Source: Nocardioides sp.
GTDB lineage: Bacteria > Actinomycetota > Actinomycetes > Propionibacteriales > Nocardioidaceae
Assembly (NCBI GenBank): GCA_044464665.1
Contig: JBIQLB010000020.1
Location: 3,104-67,103, forward strand
Direction: 5' to 3'
DNA length: 64,000 bases
Part shown: one piece after another, positions 38,246-47,982 of the stretch
How positions within the stretch are numbered: the stretch's first letter is position 1
Layout: each line of letters opens with the position of its first letter
Position numbers and translations under genes: made by a program
Notes under the pieces: model-generated
The model's input: only the letters and a program-made list of their open reading frames with translations
Database searches by the model: none
What the model was told of the DNA's origin: nothing

Positions 38246-39658
38246 TCAGGCGCTTCCGGCGTGCTCCCTGAGCGCCGGCACCCGTCGGATCACCAGCTGG
38301 TCCAGCAGCAGCACGGCGAGCAGGGTGATCCCGAAGAGCGGCAGCGCCACGCCGAGCACGACCAGGATCGCGGCGAGCCACCAGGTCGACCGGATCGGCA
38401 TGCGACCGCGGGGCGCGCCGAGAGACCCGCGCGGGCGGCGTCGCCACCACATCAGCGGGCCGGTGACGCACATGAAGAGCACCGCCACGCAGAACGCCGC
38501 CGCCGTCCAGAAGCTCAGCAACCCCAGGCTGCGGCCCTCGTGCAGGCCGATGCCCTGGGAGACCACCTTGGCCGGCAGGGGATAGTCGGCGAAGCCGTAC
38601 GTCGCCCGCACCTGGCCGGAGAACCGGTCGACGTGGACCGTCCGCTCCCGGCTCGGATCGTGGAAGGCATCGGCCATCACCGAGTAGACCCCGCGGGAGT
38701 CGCCTGGCATCACGACGGCGACGGGGCGCTCGATGCCGGCCCGCTCGGCGGCGGCGACGGCGGTGTCGAGGTTCGCGACCGAGACCCGGCCCTCCTTCGG
38801 GTCGCTCTCCGGCACCGGGCTCTTCTGCTGGGCCCACGGCACCTGGACGGCGTGGCTGTGCGGCAGCGACTCGTCCAGCGTGGAGCCCGGCTTGGACGCG
38901 GCGCCGGGGTCCATCGACCACAGCGAGGTGCCCTGGGAGGTCGCCAGGCGCTGGACCTGCGCGCCCCACACGCCCGTCCACGGCAGGCCGGTGATCAGCA
39001 TGGTGAGCAGCCCGACGCCGGCCACCGCGCCGACCAGTCCGTGGCGATGGCGCAGCAGCGCGCCCTTCGCGCGCTTGGCGACCCGTCGCAGCCGGGCGCG
39101 ACGGCCCACCACGAACAGGTAGTAGCCGGTCACCGCCATCACCAGCCCCCAGCAGACGGCGACCTCGATGAGCCGGTCGCCGAAGCGACCCGCCATCAGG
39201 TCGGCGTGGAGCCGGACAGCGTAGCCGCTCAGCGTGGTGTCCGGATCGACGGCGCCGAGGACCTTCGAGCGCCAGGGGTCGACGAAGACGTCCACGCTGG
39301 AGCCGTCGGCCCGGGTGACGGTGAAGGCGGTGCTGTCCTCCAGGCCGCGGCCCTCGCGGACCAGGGTCACCTCGGCGTCGGGGTAGCGGCGCTCGACCGC
39401 GTCGAGCTGGGCGCCCAGCGGCTGCTGCTGACTCACCCCGGTCGGCTTGGGCGCGTGCATCTCCGGGTGCATGAGCGGCTCGAGCTGGAAGCGGAACAGA
39501 TAGATCAGCCCGGTCACGGCCAGGAGCGTGAACACGGGGATCACCACGAAGCTCGCGTAGAAGTGCCAGCGCCAGAAGGCCCGGAAGAGGCCGTGGGACC
39601 GGGACGGGGGAGCGGTGCGTGCTCCGGGTGGGGACGGATCGATGACAGGGGTGCTCAA
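38246..39658 (-). CDS. PepSY-associated TM-helix protein (FoxB-like putative reductase)
   Basis: FRAFWRWHFYASFVVIPVFTLLAVTGLIY..., RLHADLMAG, and repeated PepSY_TM helices. TTG start. Confidence 0.75.
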   Translation of the reverse strand: MSTPVIDPSPPGARTAPPSRSHGLFRAFWRWHFYASFVVIPVFTLLAVTGLIYLFRFQLEPLMHPEMHAPKPTGVSQQQPLGAQLDAVERRYPDAEVTLVREGRGLEDSTAFTVTRADGSSVDVFVDPWRSKVLGAVDPDTTLSGYAVRLHADLMAGRFGDRLIEVAVCWGLVMAVTGYYLFVVGRRARLRRVAKRAKGALLRHRHGLVGAVAGVGLLTMLITGLPWTGVWGAQVQRLATSQGTSLWSMDPGAASKPGSTLDESLPHSHAVQVPWAQQKSPVPESDPKEGRVSVANLDTAVAAAERAGIERPVAVVMPGDSRGVYSVMADAFHDPSRERTVHVDRFSGQVRATYGFADYPLPAKVVSQGIGLHEGRSLGLLSFWTAAAFCVAVLFMCVTGPLMWWRRRPRGSLGAPRGRMPIRSTWWLAAILVVLGVALPLFGITLLAVLLLDQLVIRRVPALREHAGSA

Positions 39659-39738
39659 GAGGTCTCCTCAGGTAGGACTGCCCCGCGCCCGCACGGGCGC
39701 AGGGGTGATCGACGTCCTGAGGGACCGCTGGGCGGTGG

Positions 39739-40452
39739 TCAGGACGTGAGGAGACGTGCCGGTGGTCCCCGGCGTACCGGGCCGCGGGCCCAGAGACGAT
39801 CCAGCGGTGGGTCGGCGACCGGGACGGACGCGACGTTGACGAGGGACAGGTGCACCGGCCCGATCCGCTGGCCGATCGCCAGCCGGCCGTGCAGCGCCCG
39901 GACCAGGCTCGTGGCCGCGGAGCCACCGATCCGGAGCAGTGCCCAGACGGCGCGCTCGCCGTAGGCCAGCCAGAGGCCGAGCGCGGCGGCGGCCAGCAGG
40001 TGGGCGAGCGCCATGACCGGGTGGGCGAGCAGGTCGGTGACGGAGTGGACCAGCCACGCGGGCGCGGCGGGGCCGTGGTCCGCGGCGTGCGGCACCGAGG
40101 CGGCCCACTGGTCGAAGTAGGAGGCACCGCGCGGCGCCGGAGCGGGCGGTGGCGTGACCACGTGCGTCGTAGTGACCGGTACGTCGCCGCGGTGGCCGGC
40201 CATGGCCGCCAGGCCGGTGTGCACGGCGCTCTGGCCGCCGACCAGCAGGCCGACCAGCCCGGTGCGGCCGATCTCCCGGCCGAGGAAGGCGGCGGAGCCG
40301 ACCGTGGTCGCGGCGAGCAGCACCAGCAGCCCGACCGGCCCGGGCAGGAGCCCCTCCGCGGAGACGTGCGCGACGACACCCGCCCCCAGGGCGACCACCG
40401 CGACGAGAAGGGCGCGGGACCACCGCAGCACTCCCGACGCGCGACCTGGCAT
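39739..40452 (-). CDS. His-rich polytopic membrane protein, unknown function
   Basis: Trimmed to ATG 40452 (MPGRASGVLRWSRALLVAVVALGAG). About 4 TM helices, several ending in His (VAHVS, AVHTG, LVHSVTDLLAHPVMALAHLL). Confidence 0.55.
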   Translation of the reverse strand: MPGRASGVLRWSRALLVAVVALGAGVVAHVSAEGLLPGPVGLLVLLAATTVGSAAFLGREIGRTGLVGLLVGGQSAVHTGLAAMAGHRGDVPVTTTHVVTPPPAPAPRGASYFDQWAASVPHAADHGPAAPAWLVHSVTDLLAHPVMALAHLLAAAALGLWLAYGERAVWALLRIGGSAATSLVRALHGRLAIGQRIGPVHLSLVNVASVPVADPPLDRLWARGPVRRGPPARLLTS

Positions 40453-40511
40453 GGCCCCTAGTATCCCTGGTGCCGCCGCGGCGCCGCCGCTCAGGTGCTC
40501 TGCGTCGACGC

Positions 40512-41174
40512 TCAGGTGAAGGGGAGCGGCTCGCTGACCATCGAGACCGCGCGGGCCCGGGCCGCCGTGAGCCGCCGGCGGTGGTGCTGGCGGCAGAGCA
40601 CCTCGTAGGCCACCTCGGGTGGGGCATCGGGGACCGCGACGGCGTCGTCGACGTCGCCGACCACGATGACCTCGCCCTCGGTGACCATCGCGCCGTTCTC
40701 GGTGCGGGCGTTGTGGGTGGCCCGCTTGCCGCACCAGCACAGCGCCTCGACCTGCAGGACGTGCATCCGGTCGGCCAGCTCCACCAGCCGCTGCGAGCCC
40801 GCGAACAGCTCGGTCCGGAAGTCGGTGAGGATACCGAAGGCGAAGACGTCGATCTGCAGCTCGTCGACCACCCGGGCGAGCTGGTCGACCTGGACGGGCG
40901 CGTAGAACTGCGCCTCGTCGCAGATCAGGTAGTCGATCCGCGCGCCGTGGGTGAGCGCGTCGACCACATAGCGCCAGAAGTCGAACCCCTGGCTCACCTC
41001 CAGCGCGGCGTGCTCCAGGCCGAGGCGCGAGGACAGGATCGCCTCGCCGGCGCGGTCGTGGGTGGTGAAGATCCGGCCGATCCGTCCCCGCGCGGCGTGG
41101 TTGTGATTGGTCTGCAGCGCGAGCGTGCTCTTGCCAGAGTCCATCGTCCCGGTGAAGAAGTGGAGTTCAGCCAT
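40512..41174 (-). CDS. tdk: Thymidine kinase
   Basis: MAELHFFTGTMDSGKSTLAL P-loop, ICDEAQF, and a C-terminal Cys pair (CWCGKRA...CRQHH). Confidence 0.9.
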   Translation of the reverse strand: MAELHFFTGTMDSGKSTLALQTNHNHAARGRIGRIFTTHDRAGEAILSSRLGLEHAALEVSQGFDFWRYVVDALTHGARIDYLICDEAQFYAPVQVDQLARVVDELQIDVFAFGILTDFRTELFAGSQRLVELADRMHVLQVEALCWCGKRATHNARTENGAMVTEGEVIVVGDVDDAVAVPDAPPEVAYEVLCRQHHRRRLTAARARAVSMVSEPLPFT

Positions 41175-41208
41175 CGTCGGAGGATCATGCCACGCGGCCG
41201 GGCGCCGG

Positions 41209-41424
41209 TCAGCGGCGGCGGCGCAGCACCAGGACCATCAGGGTGAGACCCACGGCCAGGCCGAGGAGGGCGCCGGCGAAGGCGCCCCACTCGCCGGTGT
41301 CGCGCAGCAGCCGGGAGCCGCCGAAGGCGAGCAGCATGGCGAGGACGGCCAGGCCGATGCGGACCGCCATCTCACCCAGGAAGGCGCGGGTGAACGAGCC
41401 GGGACGCTGCTCGGGATCGCTCAC
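41209..41424 (-). CDS. Small two-TM membrane protein coupled to the reductase gene (71 aa; alternative ATG at 41370 gives 53 aa)
   Basis: GTG 41424 overlaps the reductase stop (GTGA). ...MAVRIGLAVLAMLLAFGG...GAFAGALLGLAVGLTLMVLVLRRRR. Confidence 0.45.
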   Translation of the reverse strand: MSDPEQRPGSFTRAFLGEMAVRIGLAVLAMLLAFGGSRLLRDTGEWGAFAGALLGLAVGLTLMVLVLRRRR

Positions 41425-43445
41425 CAGTGCACGCCGGGCAGCGTCTTGGCCAGCAGGGCCTGCTCGCCGCTGCGGTCCCGGTGGTCCGGGGCGGCCGTCG
41501 CCTCGGCGCCGCGCACGGCCGAGGAGTCGGGGAAGACCTGATAGGCCAGGTGCAGCACCCGGAAGGTCGTCCGCGGCGCCAGGGTGTGGGCGAGGGCGCC
41601 CAGGTTGCCGGTCTTGGTGTTGATCTCGTGCGGCCGGTCGACCAGCGCCCGGACGACCTTGCCGGCGGCCTGCGCGGGGCTGATCGTCGGGAAGCGGTCG
41701 TAGAGCTTGGTCGGCGCGATCATCGGCGTGCGCACCAGCGGCATGTGGATGCTGGTGAAGGTCACGCCGTCGCCGACCAGCTCGCTGGAGACCACGTTGC
41801 TCCACGCGTCCAGGGCGGCCTTGGAGGCGACGTACGCGCTGAACCGGGGCGGATTGGTCAGCACGCCGATGGAGGAGACGTTCACGATGTGGCCCGATCC
41901 CTGCTCGCGCATGGCCGGCAGCAGTCCCATGACCAGGCGGATCGCGCCGAAGTAGTTGAGTTGCATGGTCCGCTCGAAGTCGTGGAAGCGGTCCTCGCTC
42001 AGCTTCAGCGAGCGGCGGATCGACCGGCCGGCGTTGTTGACCACGAAGTCGATGTGGTCGAAGTCGGTGGTCAGCGTCTTGGTGAGCGCGTCGATGGCGT
42101 CGAGGTCGGAGAGGTCGCAGGCATAGGCGTACGCCGTGCCGCCCTGGCTCTGGATCAGCGCGCGGGTCCGCTCCAGCTTCTCCTTGCCGCGGGCCACCAG
42201 GATCGGGATGGCGCCGGCCTTGGCCACCTGCACGGCGGTGACCAGCCCGATGCCCGACGAGGCGCCGGTGATTACGACCGTCTTGCCCTTCAGCGCCGCG
42301 ACGGCCGCCCGGTCGTGGCGGATCGAGTTGTCGAGGTAGTCCTCCCAGTAGGACCACAGCGTGCCGGCGTACGACTCCAGGTCGGGCACGGCGATGCCGG
42401 ACCCGGCCAGGGCCCGCTGGGTCGCGGTGGAGACGTACGTCGAGGCGAACGACGCGTGCTCGACGACCTCGGGCGGGATGCCCAGCCGGCCGACGGTCTG
42501 GGCGAGCGCGAGGCGTGCCGGGGCGCTGCGCAGCGCGGCGTTGAGCAGCGTGCCCGGACGCCAGGAGCGGGGGAGCATCGCCGTGGGCAGCCGGCCGGTC
42601 ACCGAGCGGTCGACCGGCACCGCGAACTGCGGCGCGTGGGCGGCGGCCGCGAAGGTGTTGACCATCTCGATGGTCCGCTGCGGCTCGGGGTTGACCAGGT
42701 GGAAGGCCTCGCCGTCGTGGCCGGGCAGGTGGGCGAGGTGGTCCATCGCCTTGGCGACGTAGTCGACGGGGACCACGTTGGTGTCGCCGAGATCGACCCC
42801 GACCAGCGGCAGCCACGAGGGCAGGTCGCGCATCCGCTTGAGCAGGGAGAAGAAGTAGTAGGGCCCGTCGACCTTGTCCATCTCGCCGGTCTCGGAGTGG
42901 CCGACCACGATCGCCGGGCGGTAGACCCGCCACGGGACCGGGCACTCCTCGCGGACGATCCGCTCGGACTCGAACTTGGTGCGGTGGTACGGCGAGGGCA
43001 GCCGCTGGCCCTCGTCGAACATCGTCTCGTCGTACAGCCCGGGGTAGTCGCCTGAGGCGGCCACCGAGGAGACCTGGTGGAAGAGGCCGGCGTCGAGCGC
43101 GCCGGCCAGCTCGATCGCCGCGCGGGTGCCGCCGACGTTGAGGGCCTCGTTCATCTCCTCCGAGGCGGTCATGTCGTAGATCGCGGCGAGGTGGAAGAAG
43201 TGGTCGATCTCGCCGCGGTGCTCCTCGATCCAGGAGGCGTCCACGCCCAGCCGGTCGGCCCGCAGGTCGCCCTCGACCGGGACCAGCCGGGAGTCGGAGC
43301 CCCAGGTGGTCTCGATCATCGCGTCCAGCCGCCCGCGTGAGCTCTCCCGGCAGAGCAGGTAGATCGGGCCGGTGCGGTTCTCCAGCAGCTCGGAGACCAG
43401 GAAGCGTCCGATGAAGCCGGTCGCGCCGGTGACGAAGTACGACAT
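41421..43445 (-). CDS. Two-domain fatty acyl-CoA reductase (FAR-type NAD-binding domain plus classical SDR domain)
   Basis: N-terminal VTGATGFIGRF and YHRTK. Second domain ITGASSGIG, NNAG and YVASKAAL. 674 aa, the architecture of mycobacterial/Marinobacter alcohol-forming reductases. Confidence 0.8.
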   Translation of the reverse strand: MSYFVTGATGFIGRFLVSELLENRTGPIYLLCRESSRGRLDAMIETTWGSDSRLVPVEGDLRADRLGVDASWIEEHRGEIDHFFHLAAIYDMTASEEMNEALNVGGTRAAIELAGALDAGLFHQVSSVAASGDYPGLYDETMFDEGQRLPSPYHRTKFESERIVREECPVPWRVYRPAIVVGHSETGEMDKVDGPYYFFSLLKRMRDLPSWLPLVGVDLGDTNVVPVDYVAKAMDHLAHLPGHDGEAFHLVNPEPQRTIEMVNTFAAAAHAPQFAVPVDRSVTGRLPTAMLPRSWRPGTLLNAALRSAPARLALAQTVGRLGIPPEVVEHASFASTYVSTATQRALAGSGIAVPDLESYAGTLWSYWEDYLDNSIRHDRAAVAALKGKTVVITGASSGIGLVTAVQVAKAGAIPILVARGKEKLERTRALIQSQGGTAYAYACDLSDLDAIDALTKTLTTDFDHIDFVVNNAGRSIRRSLKLSEDRFHDFERTMQLNYFGAIRLVMGLLPAMREQGSGHIVNVSSIGVLTNPPRFSAYVASKAALDAWSNVVSSELVGDGVTFTSIHMPLVRTPMIAPTKLYDRFPTISPAQAAGKVVRALVDRPHEINTKTGNLGALAHTLAPRTTFRVLHLAYQVFPDSSAVRGAEATAAPDHRDRSGEQALLAKTLPGVHW

Positions 43446-43469
43446 GCCGGGAGGCTACTCCCAGGTCGT

Positions 43470-43504
43470 GTTGCGAGGCACCAGCAGGCCGAGTGCTTCG
43501 CAAC
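43470..43504 (-). terminator. Imperfect hairpin just downstream of sepH
   Basis: GTTGCGA-gGCAC...GTGCt-TCGCAAC. Confidence 0.35.
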
Positions 43505-43514
43505 GCGGCCTACG

Positions 43515-44594
43515 TCACTCCGATGTCCCCCCGCCGAACATGATCTCGTCCCAGCTGGGCACCGAGGAGCGGCCCTTGCGGCGGGGCTTCTGCTCCCGCT
43601 CGGCCACCTCCTCGGCCGTCGGCTCGGGCACGGGCGCGGCGCCGTCGACGGGCTCGTCGGCGGGGACCGGCGGTGCGTGCGGCGCCGCGGGGGCAATCCA
43701 GTCCGCGTCGGCATGGTCGGCGACGGGGTCGCCGGCCTCGGGCGGATGGATGCCTGCCACGGTCTCGCGCAGGTCGGCGGTGTGCTCCAGGAGATCTTCC
43801 ACGGGTTCCTTCGGGAGGGTGTCGGAGTCGCCCGCCCGATCGGCCGCTCGGTCTTCTAGTGCGTCATCTACGGAGGGTGGTGCGGTGTCTTCCAGAGGCT
43901 CCGGCCGCACCAGCCGGATGGCGTCGTCGCCCAGCTCGGGCCCGTCGCCGAGGGGAAGCTCGTCGTCGGCCGGCACGCTGGAGAGGCGCCGGGCCGGTGT
44001 GGGGTCGGAGGCGGCCCCGGGGATCTCGCCGGTGAGCAGGCGGGCGTCGTCGTTGTCCGCGACGACGTACCGCCCGGGCTGGTCGTAGGTGAACTCCGCG
44101 CGCTTGCCGGCGGCGTACTCCGCGACGACCGTCCAGCGGCCGTCCTCGCGGCGCCAGGCGTCCCACTGCACGTCGTCGGCACGGACCCCGAGGTCGGAGA
44201 AGGCGGTGAGCGAGGACTGCTCCAGGGTGCGGGCGGCGGCCGCGTCGGCCGAGCGCCGGCGGATGGAGGCCTTCAGCGCGGTCGAGGCCACGTGGGCGCG
44301 CTCGGCCAGCACCGGCATCGCGAAGCCCATGATCGCGTCGACCGTCGTCTGCGCGGCGGCCGCGACCTCCTCGGCGGTCTCGCCGGCACGGATCCGCGCC
44401 TGGATGTCACGGGGGCGGAGCGCGCTCTCCATCTTCATCTCCAACTGGCCGAATCGGGCGGTGCTGGCGGGGTCGCCCCGCAGGGCTGCCCGGAACCGGT
44501 GGTCCACGACGACCGCGAACTCCTCCCCGGCGTCGCTGAGCAGGACAAGCCGTGTGCCGTCCTTGCTCAGCCCCACCGGGGTGAGGTCCTGCAT
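43515..44594 (-). CDS. sepH: Septation protein SepH (DUF3071)
   Basis: MQDLTPVGLSKDGTRLVLLSDAGEEFAVVVDHRFRAALRGD N-terminal DUF3071 pattern, an acidic disordered middle, and the conserved C-terminal RRKGRSSVPSWDEIMFG. Confidence 0.8.
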   Translation of the reverse strand: MQDLTPVGLSKDGTRLVLLSDAGEEFAVVVDHRFRAALRGDPASTARFGQLEMKMESALRPRDIQARIRAGETAEEVAAAAQTTVDAIMGFAMPVLAERAHVASTALKASIRRRSADAAAARTLEQSSLTAFSDLGVRADDVQWDAWRREDGRWTVVAEYAAGKRAEFTYDQPGRYVVADNDDARLLTGEIPGAASDPTPARRLSSVPADDELPLGDGPELGDDAIRLVRPEPLEDTAPPSVDDALEDRAADRAGDSDTLPKEPVEDLLEHTADLRETVAGIHPPEAGDPVADHADADWIAPAAPHAPPVPADEPVDGAAPVPEPTAEEVAEREQKPRRKGRSSVPSWDEIMFGGGTSE

Positions 44595-44711
44595 CCTCGC
44601 CGACTCCTGATCTCCTGGTGCTGTCTTCTGCCTGTCCGCGAGCCTACCCGCGCCGGACGCCGGGGGTACGGCGACGCGGCGGGGGCGCTCGCCGGGACCT
44701 GGACCGGGTCC

Positions 44712-44717
44712 TACTGT
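44712..44717 (+). promoter_or_regulatory. -10 hexamer 6 nt before the start codon (leaderless promoter candidate)
   Basis: TACTGT-cgtgcc-ATG(44724). Confidence 0.4.
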
Positions 44718-44723
44718 CGTGCC

Positions 44724-45353
44724 ATGTACGACAACGCGCCGGTGCTGCCCGTCCTGGAGCTCGCCGGGATCTTCGTGTTCGCGATCTCCGGAGCCCTGGT
44801 GGCCGTGCGCAAGCGGCTGGACATCTTCGGCGTCCTCGTCCTGGCCGGGGCGACCGGTCTCGGCGGCGGGTTCCTGCGCGACGTGCTCATCGACGCCACC
44901 CCGCCGGCCTCGCTCTCGGACTGGCGCTATCTGACCGTGCCGGTGGCCGCCGGGCTGGTCGTCTTCGCCTTCCACCCGGTCGTGGGACGGATGGAGCCGG
45001 TGGTCAACATCTTCGACGCCGCCGGGCTCGGGCTCTTCTGCGTGACCAGCGCGGTCAAGGCGGTGGAGTACGGCCTGGAGCCCGTGGCCGCCGCGCTGAT
45101 GGGCATGGTCGGCGGCGTGGGAGGCGGCATCGTCCGCGATCTCCTCGCCGGCCGCGTGCCGGTGATCTTCGCCAGCGAGCTCTACGCCACCCCGGCGCTG
45201 GCCGGCGCCACCTGGGCGGTCGTGGCGCACCAGCTGGACTGGCCGATGTGGCTGGTCACGCTGCCGGGCATCGCGCTCTGCTTCGGCTGGCGCGTGCTGG
45301 CGATCCTGCGCGGCTGGCGAGCCCCGATCGCCACCGGATCGGCAAGCGTCTGA
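44724..45353 (+). CDS. Trimeric intracellular cation channel (TRIC/UPF0126) family protein
   Basis: Two internal repeats with Gly-rich helices (FAISGALVA..., GATGLGGGFLRD / GMVGGVGGGIVRD). Confidence 0.8.
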   Translation: MYDNAPVLPVLELAGIFVFAISGALVAVRKRLDIFGVLVLAGATGLGGGFLRDVLIDATPPASLSDWRYLTVPVAAGLVVFAFHPVVGRMEPVVNIFDAAGLGLFCVTSAVKAVEYGLEPVAAALMGMVGGVGGGIVRDLLAGRVPVIFASELYATPALAGATWAVVAHQLDWPMWLVTLPGIALCFGWRVLAILRGWRAPIATGSASV

Positions 45354-45357
45354 CCTG

Positions 45358-46677
45358 TCAGTCGCCGAGGACGCGACGCAGGTAGTCGTTGGCGAAGACC
45401 CGGTCGGGGTCGAGGCGGTCGCGGATCGCCAGGAACTCCTCGAAGCGCGGGTACGCCGGAGCGAGGTCGGCCGCCGTGCGGGTGTGCAGCTTGCCCCAGT
45501 GGGGGCGCCCGTCGTACCCGCGCAGGATGTCCTCGACGCCGGCGAAGTAGCGGGCGTGGTCGGTGGCCTGGTTGACGTGGAAGGCCAGGTAGACGCTGTC
45601 GCGGTCCGAGGCCGTCGACAGGGCGATGTCGTCGGCGGGGGCGACCCGGACCTCGACGGGGAAGCTGATCCGCAGGTCGGTCGACTCCAGCCAGGCGCGG
45701 ACGTCGCGCAGCGCCTGGACGCCGGCCTCGCGGGGCACGGCGTACTCCATCTCCCGGAAGACCACCCGGCGCTCGGTGACGAACACCTTGTGCGGCACGT
45801 CGGAGAAGGTGCGCGCGGAGAGCAGCTGGCCGGCGATGTTGTTGATCCCGGGGATCCAGCCGGGGCGCATGTTGCCGATCCTGTTGGTCAGCCCGAAGAC
45901 GGTGTTGGAGAGGAAGTCGTCGTCCATCCAGCGGCGGAAGCCGCTCAACGGCCCGGGGAGATAGTCCGCGTCGTCCAGGACGCGGTTGTTCTCCTTGACC
46001 AGGCAGCGATCGGTGTGCGGGAACCAGTAGAACTCGAAGTGGTGGTTGTCGGTGGCCAGCCGGTCGAAGTCGTCGAGCACCTCGTCCCAGAGCATCGGGT
46101 GCTCGTGTGCCTCCAGGGTGAAGACCGGCTCCACCTGGAAGGTCAGCGAGGTGATGATGCCCAGGGCGCCGAGGCCGACCCGGGAGACGGCGAAGACGTC
46201 GGGGTTGACGCTCTCCGAGGCGGTGAGCACCTCGCCGGTGCCGGTGACCAGCTCCATCCCGGCGATCTGCGCGCTGATCGAGGCGACCACGCCGCCGGTG
46301 CCGTGGGTGCCGGTCGAGGTGGCGCCGGCGATGGTCTGCTCGGCGATGTCGCCCATGTTGTGCAGCGAGAGCCCGAGCCCCTCCAGGCCGGCGTTGAGAG
46401 CCTTGAGCTGGGTGCCGGCCCGCGCCGTGACGGTCATGGCGTCGCGGTCGACCTCGGTGATCCCGCGCAGCCCCGATGGGTCGAGCATGATCCCCTCGGG
46501 CGCGGCGATCGAGGTGAAGGAGTGGCCGGTGCCCGGCATCTTCACCGTGGTGCCCGACTCCCGGGCCTGGGCGATCGCGGCGGCGATGTCCTCGGCGCCG
46601 GTGGGCGTCAGCACCTCCGTCGGACGGGTGGTGGACAGGCCGGACCAGTTGCGCCAGGTCGTCACGCTGCTGCTCAT
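45358..46677 (-). CDS. FAD-linked D-arabinono-/L-gulono-1,4-lactone oxidase family protein
   Basis: TTWRNWSG...GTGHSFT FAD-binding PCMH domain and the C-terminal GRPHWGKLH motif. ATGA overlap with the upstream MFS gene. Confidence 0.8.
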   Translation of the reverse strand: MSSSVTTWRNWSGLSTTRPTEVLTPTGAEDIAAAIAQARESGTTVKMPGTGHSFTSIAAPEGIMLDPSGLRGITEVDRDAMTVTARAGTQLKALNAGLEGLGLSLHNMGDIAEQTIAGATSTGTHGTGGVVASISAQIAGMELVTGTGEVLTASESVNPDVFAVSRVGLGALGIITSLTFQVEPVFTLEAHEHPMLWDEVLDDFDRLATDNHHFEFYWFPHTDRCLVKENNRVLDDADYLPGPLSGFRRWMDDDFLSNTVFGLTNRIGNMRPGWIPGINNIAGQLLSARTFSDVPHKVFVTERRVVFREMEYAVPREAGVQALRDVRAWLESTDLRISFPVEVRVAPADDIALSTASDRDSVYLAFHVNQATDHARYFAGVEDILRGYDGRPHWGKLHTRTAADLAPAYPRFEEFLAIRDRLDPDRVFANDYLRRVLGD

Positions 46678-47912
46678 GGCTGCAGGGTACGGCGCTCCGG
46701 GTCGGCGTCGGGCGGCCGGCTCTCGGAGTCCGTCTCGGTGGCCGCGGCGGGCTGCCGGCAGGCGAGCGAGGCCGCGGTGGTGAGCACGCCGCAGGCGACG
46801 CAGAGCCAGTACGCCGCCGGGCCGTCGGTGTGGTCGGCCACGACGCCGGCCAGCCATGCGCCGGGGGCGAGCCCGGCCGAGAGGCCGGTCTGGAAGACCG
46901 CCATCGCCTCGGTCAGCCGGCTGCGCGGCGTGGTCGCCTCCAGCAGCGAGACCACCGCGATCAGCGTGGGCGCCAGCGCGAGGCCGACGAGGAAGAGCAC
47001 GATGCCGAGCAGCAGCAGCCGGTCGAGGAACGGCAGCACCACGACCGCGGCGGCCAGGATCGCGACGCCCACCTGGAAGCGGCGCAGGTGGGACATCCGC
47101 CAGTGGATCGCCCCGGCGACCACGCCGGCGACCAGGCTGCCGGCGGAGAAGACCGCGAGCAGCACCCCGGACGCGGTCTTGTGCCCGGCGTCCTCGGCCA
47201 CGGCGACGGTGATCAGCTCCATGCTGGCGAAGAAGGCGCCGAGGGCCACGGCGGCGATCCCGATCGGGACCAGCCGGAGCCAGGGCATCGGGTCGAGGCC
47301 GCCGGTGCGGTGTGCCGGGTGCGCCGGCGGCGCCGTACGCCGCTGGAGGGCGAGCAGGAGCGTGCCGAGGGTGCCGCAGGCCAGCGCCACCAGGAGCCCG
47401 GTCTGCGGGGCGTGCAGGGTGGAGAGGAAGGTGACCAGCGCTGGGCCGGTGACGAAGACCAGCTCGTCGACCACGGCCTCCACCGCGAACGCCGTGTGCC
47501 GCTGCTCCTCGGGGACCAGGGCGGTCCAGCGGGCCCGGACCATCGAGCCGATCTGCGGCATCGAGGCGCCGGTGAGCGCCGCCAGGACGATCGGCCACGG
47601 CATCGCCCACTCGGACATCACCGAGCTGATCAGCAGGCCGGTGAAGAGGGCGAAGAGCACCATGTCGACGTACAGGACGACGGTCTGCCCGAAGCGGTCG
47701 GCCAGCCGGCCCTGGAGGATCGCCACGATCGCGTTGCCGATGACGTACGCCGCGGAGATCTGCCCGGCCAGCGAGTAGGACCCGGTCGTGCCGCTGACCA
47801 GCAGCACGATGCCCAGGGTCATCATCGCGATCGGCAGCCGGGCCAGCAGGCCGGACGCCGAGAACGCCATCGCCCCCCGATGGGCGAAGACGCGACGGTA
47901 GGACTCAAGCAT
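46674..47912 (-). CDS. MFS transporter (12 TMS)
   Basis: ATG 47912 ([27 protein letters not shown]). Alternative GTG at 47936. GRLADRFGQ loop motif. Confidence 0.8.
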   Translation of the reverse strand: MLESYRRVFAHRGAMAFSASGLLARLPIAMMTLGIVLLVSGTTGSYSLAGQISAAYVIGNAIVAILQGRLADRFGQTVVLYVDMVLFALFTGLLISSVMSEWAMPWPIVLAALTGASMPQIGSMVRARWTALVPEEQRHTAFAVEAVVDELVFVTGPALVTFLSTLHAPQTGLLVALACGTLGTLLLALQRRTAPPAHPAHRTGGLDPMPWLRLVPIGIAAVALGAFFASMELITVAVAEDAGHKTASGVLLAVFSAGSLVAGVVAGAIHWRMSHLRRFQVGVAILAAAVVVLPFLDRLLLLGIVLFLVGLALAPTLIAVVSLLEATTPRSRLTEAMAVFQTGLSAGLAPGAWLAGVVADHTDGPAAYWLCVACGVLTTAASLACRQPAAATETDSESRPPDADPERRTLQP

Positions 47913-47914
47913 GG
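47881..47914. repeat. 34-bp direct repeat, copy 1 (covers the MFS start codon and its first 10 codons)
   Basis: TGGGCGAAGACGCGACGGTAGGACTCaAGCATGG. Confidence 0.95.
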
Positions 47915-47982
47915 GCGGCGGCTTCCGTGACGCCACCGGCCGTCCTGGATTGGGCGAAGACGCGACGGTAGGACTCGAGCAT
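47905..47982 (-). CDS. Candidate 25-codon upstream ORF created by repeat copy 2
   Basis: [25 protein letters not shown]. The first 10 residues are identical to the MFS N-terminus. Its TGA (47907-47905) lies just inside the MFS ORF, in the +1 frame. Confidence 0.3.
   Translation of the reverse strand: MLESYRRVFAQSRTAGGVTEAAAHA

Noticed and set aside
47913-47936. GTG 47936 as the MFS start (adds VASRKPPP)
   Set aside because: It is possible but not preferred. ATG 47912 coincides with the duplicated leader logic. The 8 extra residues are Pro/Lys-rich and would be translated in a different frame from the overlapping upstream ORF. It is kept as an alternative.
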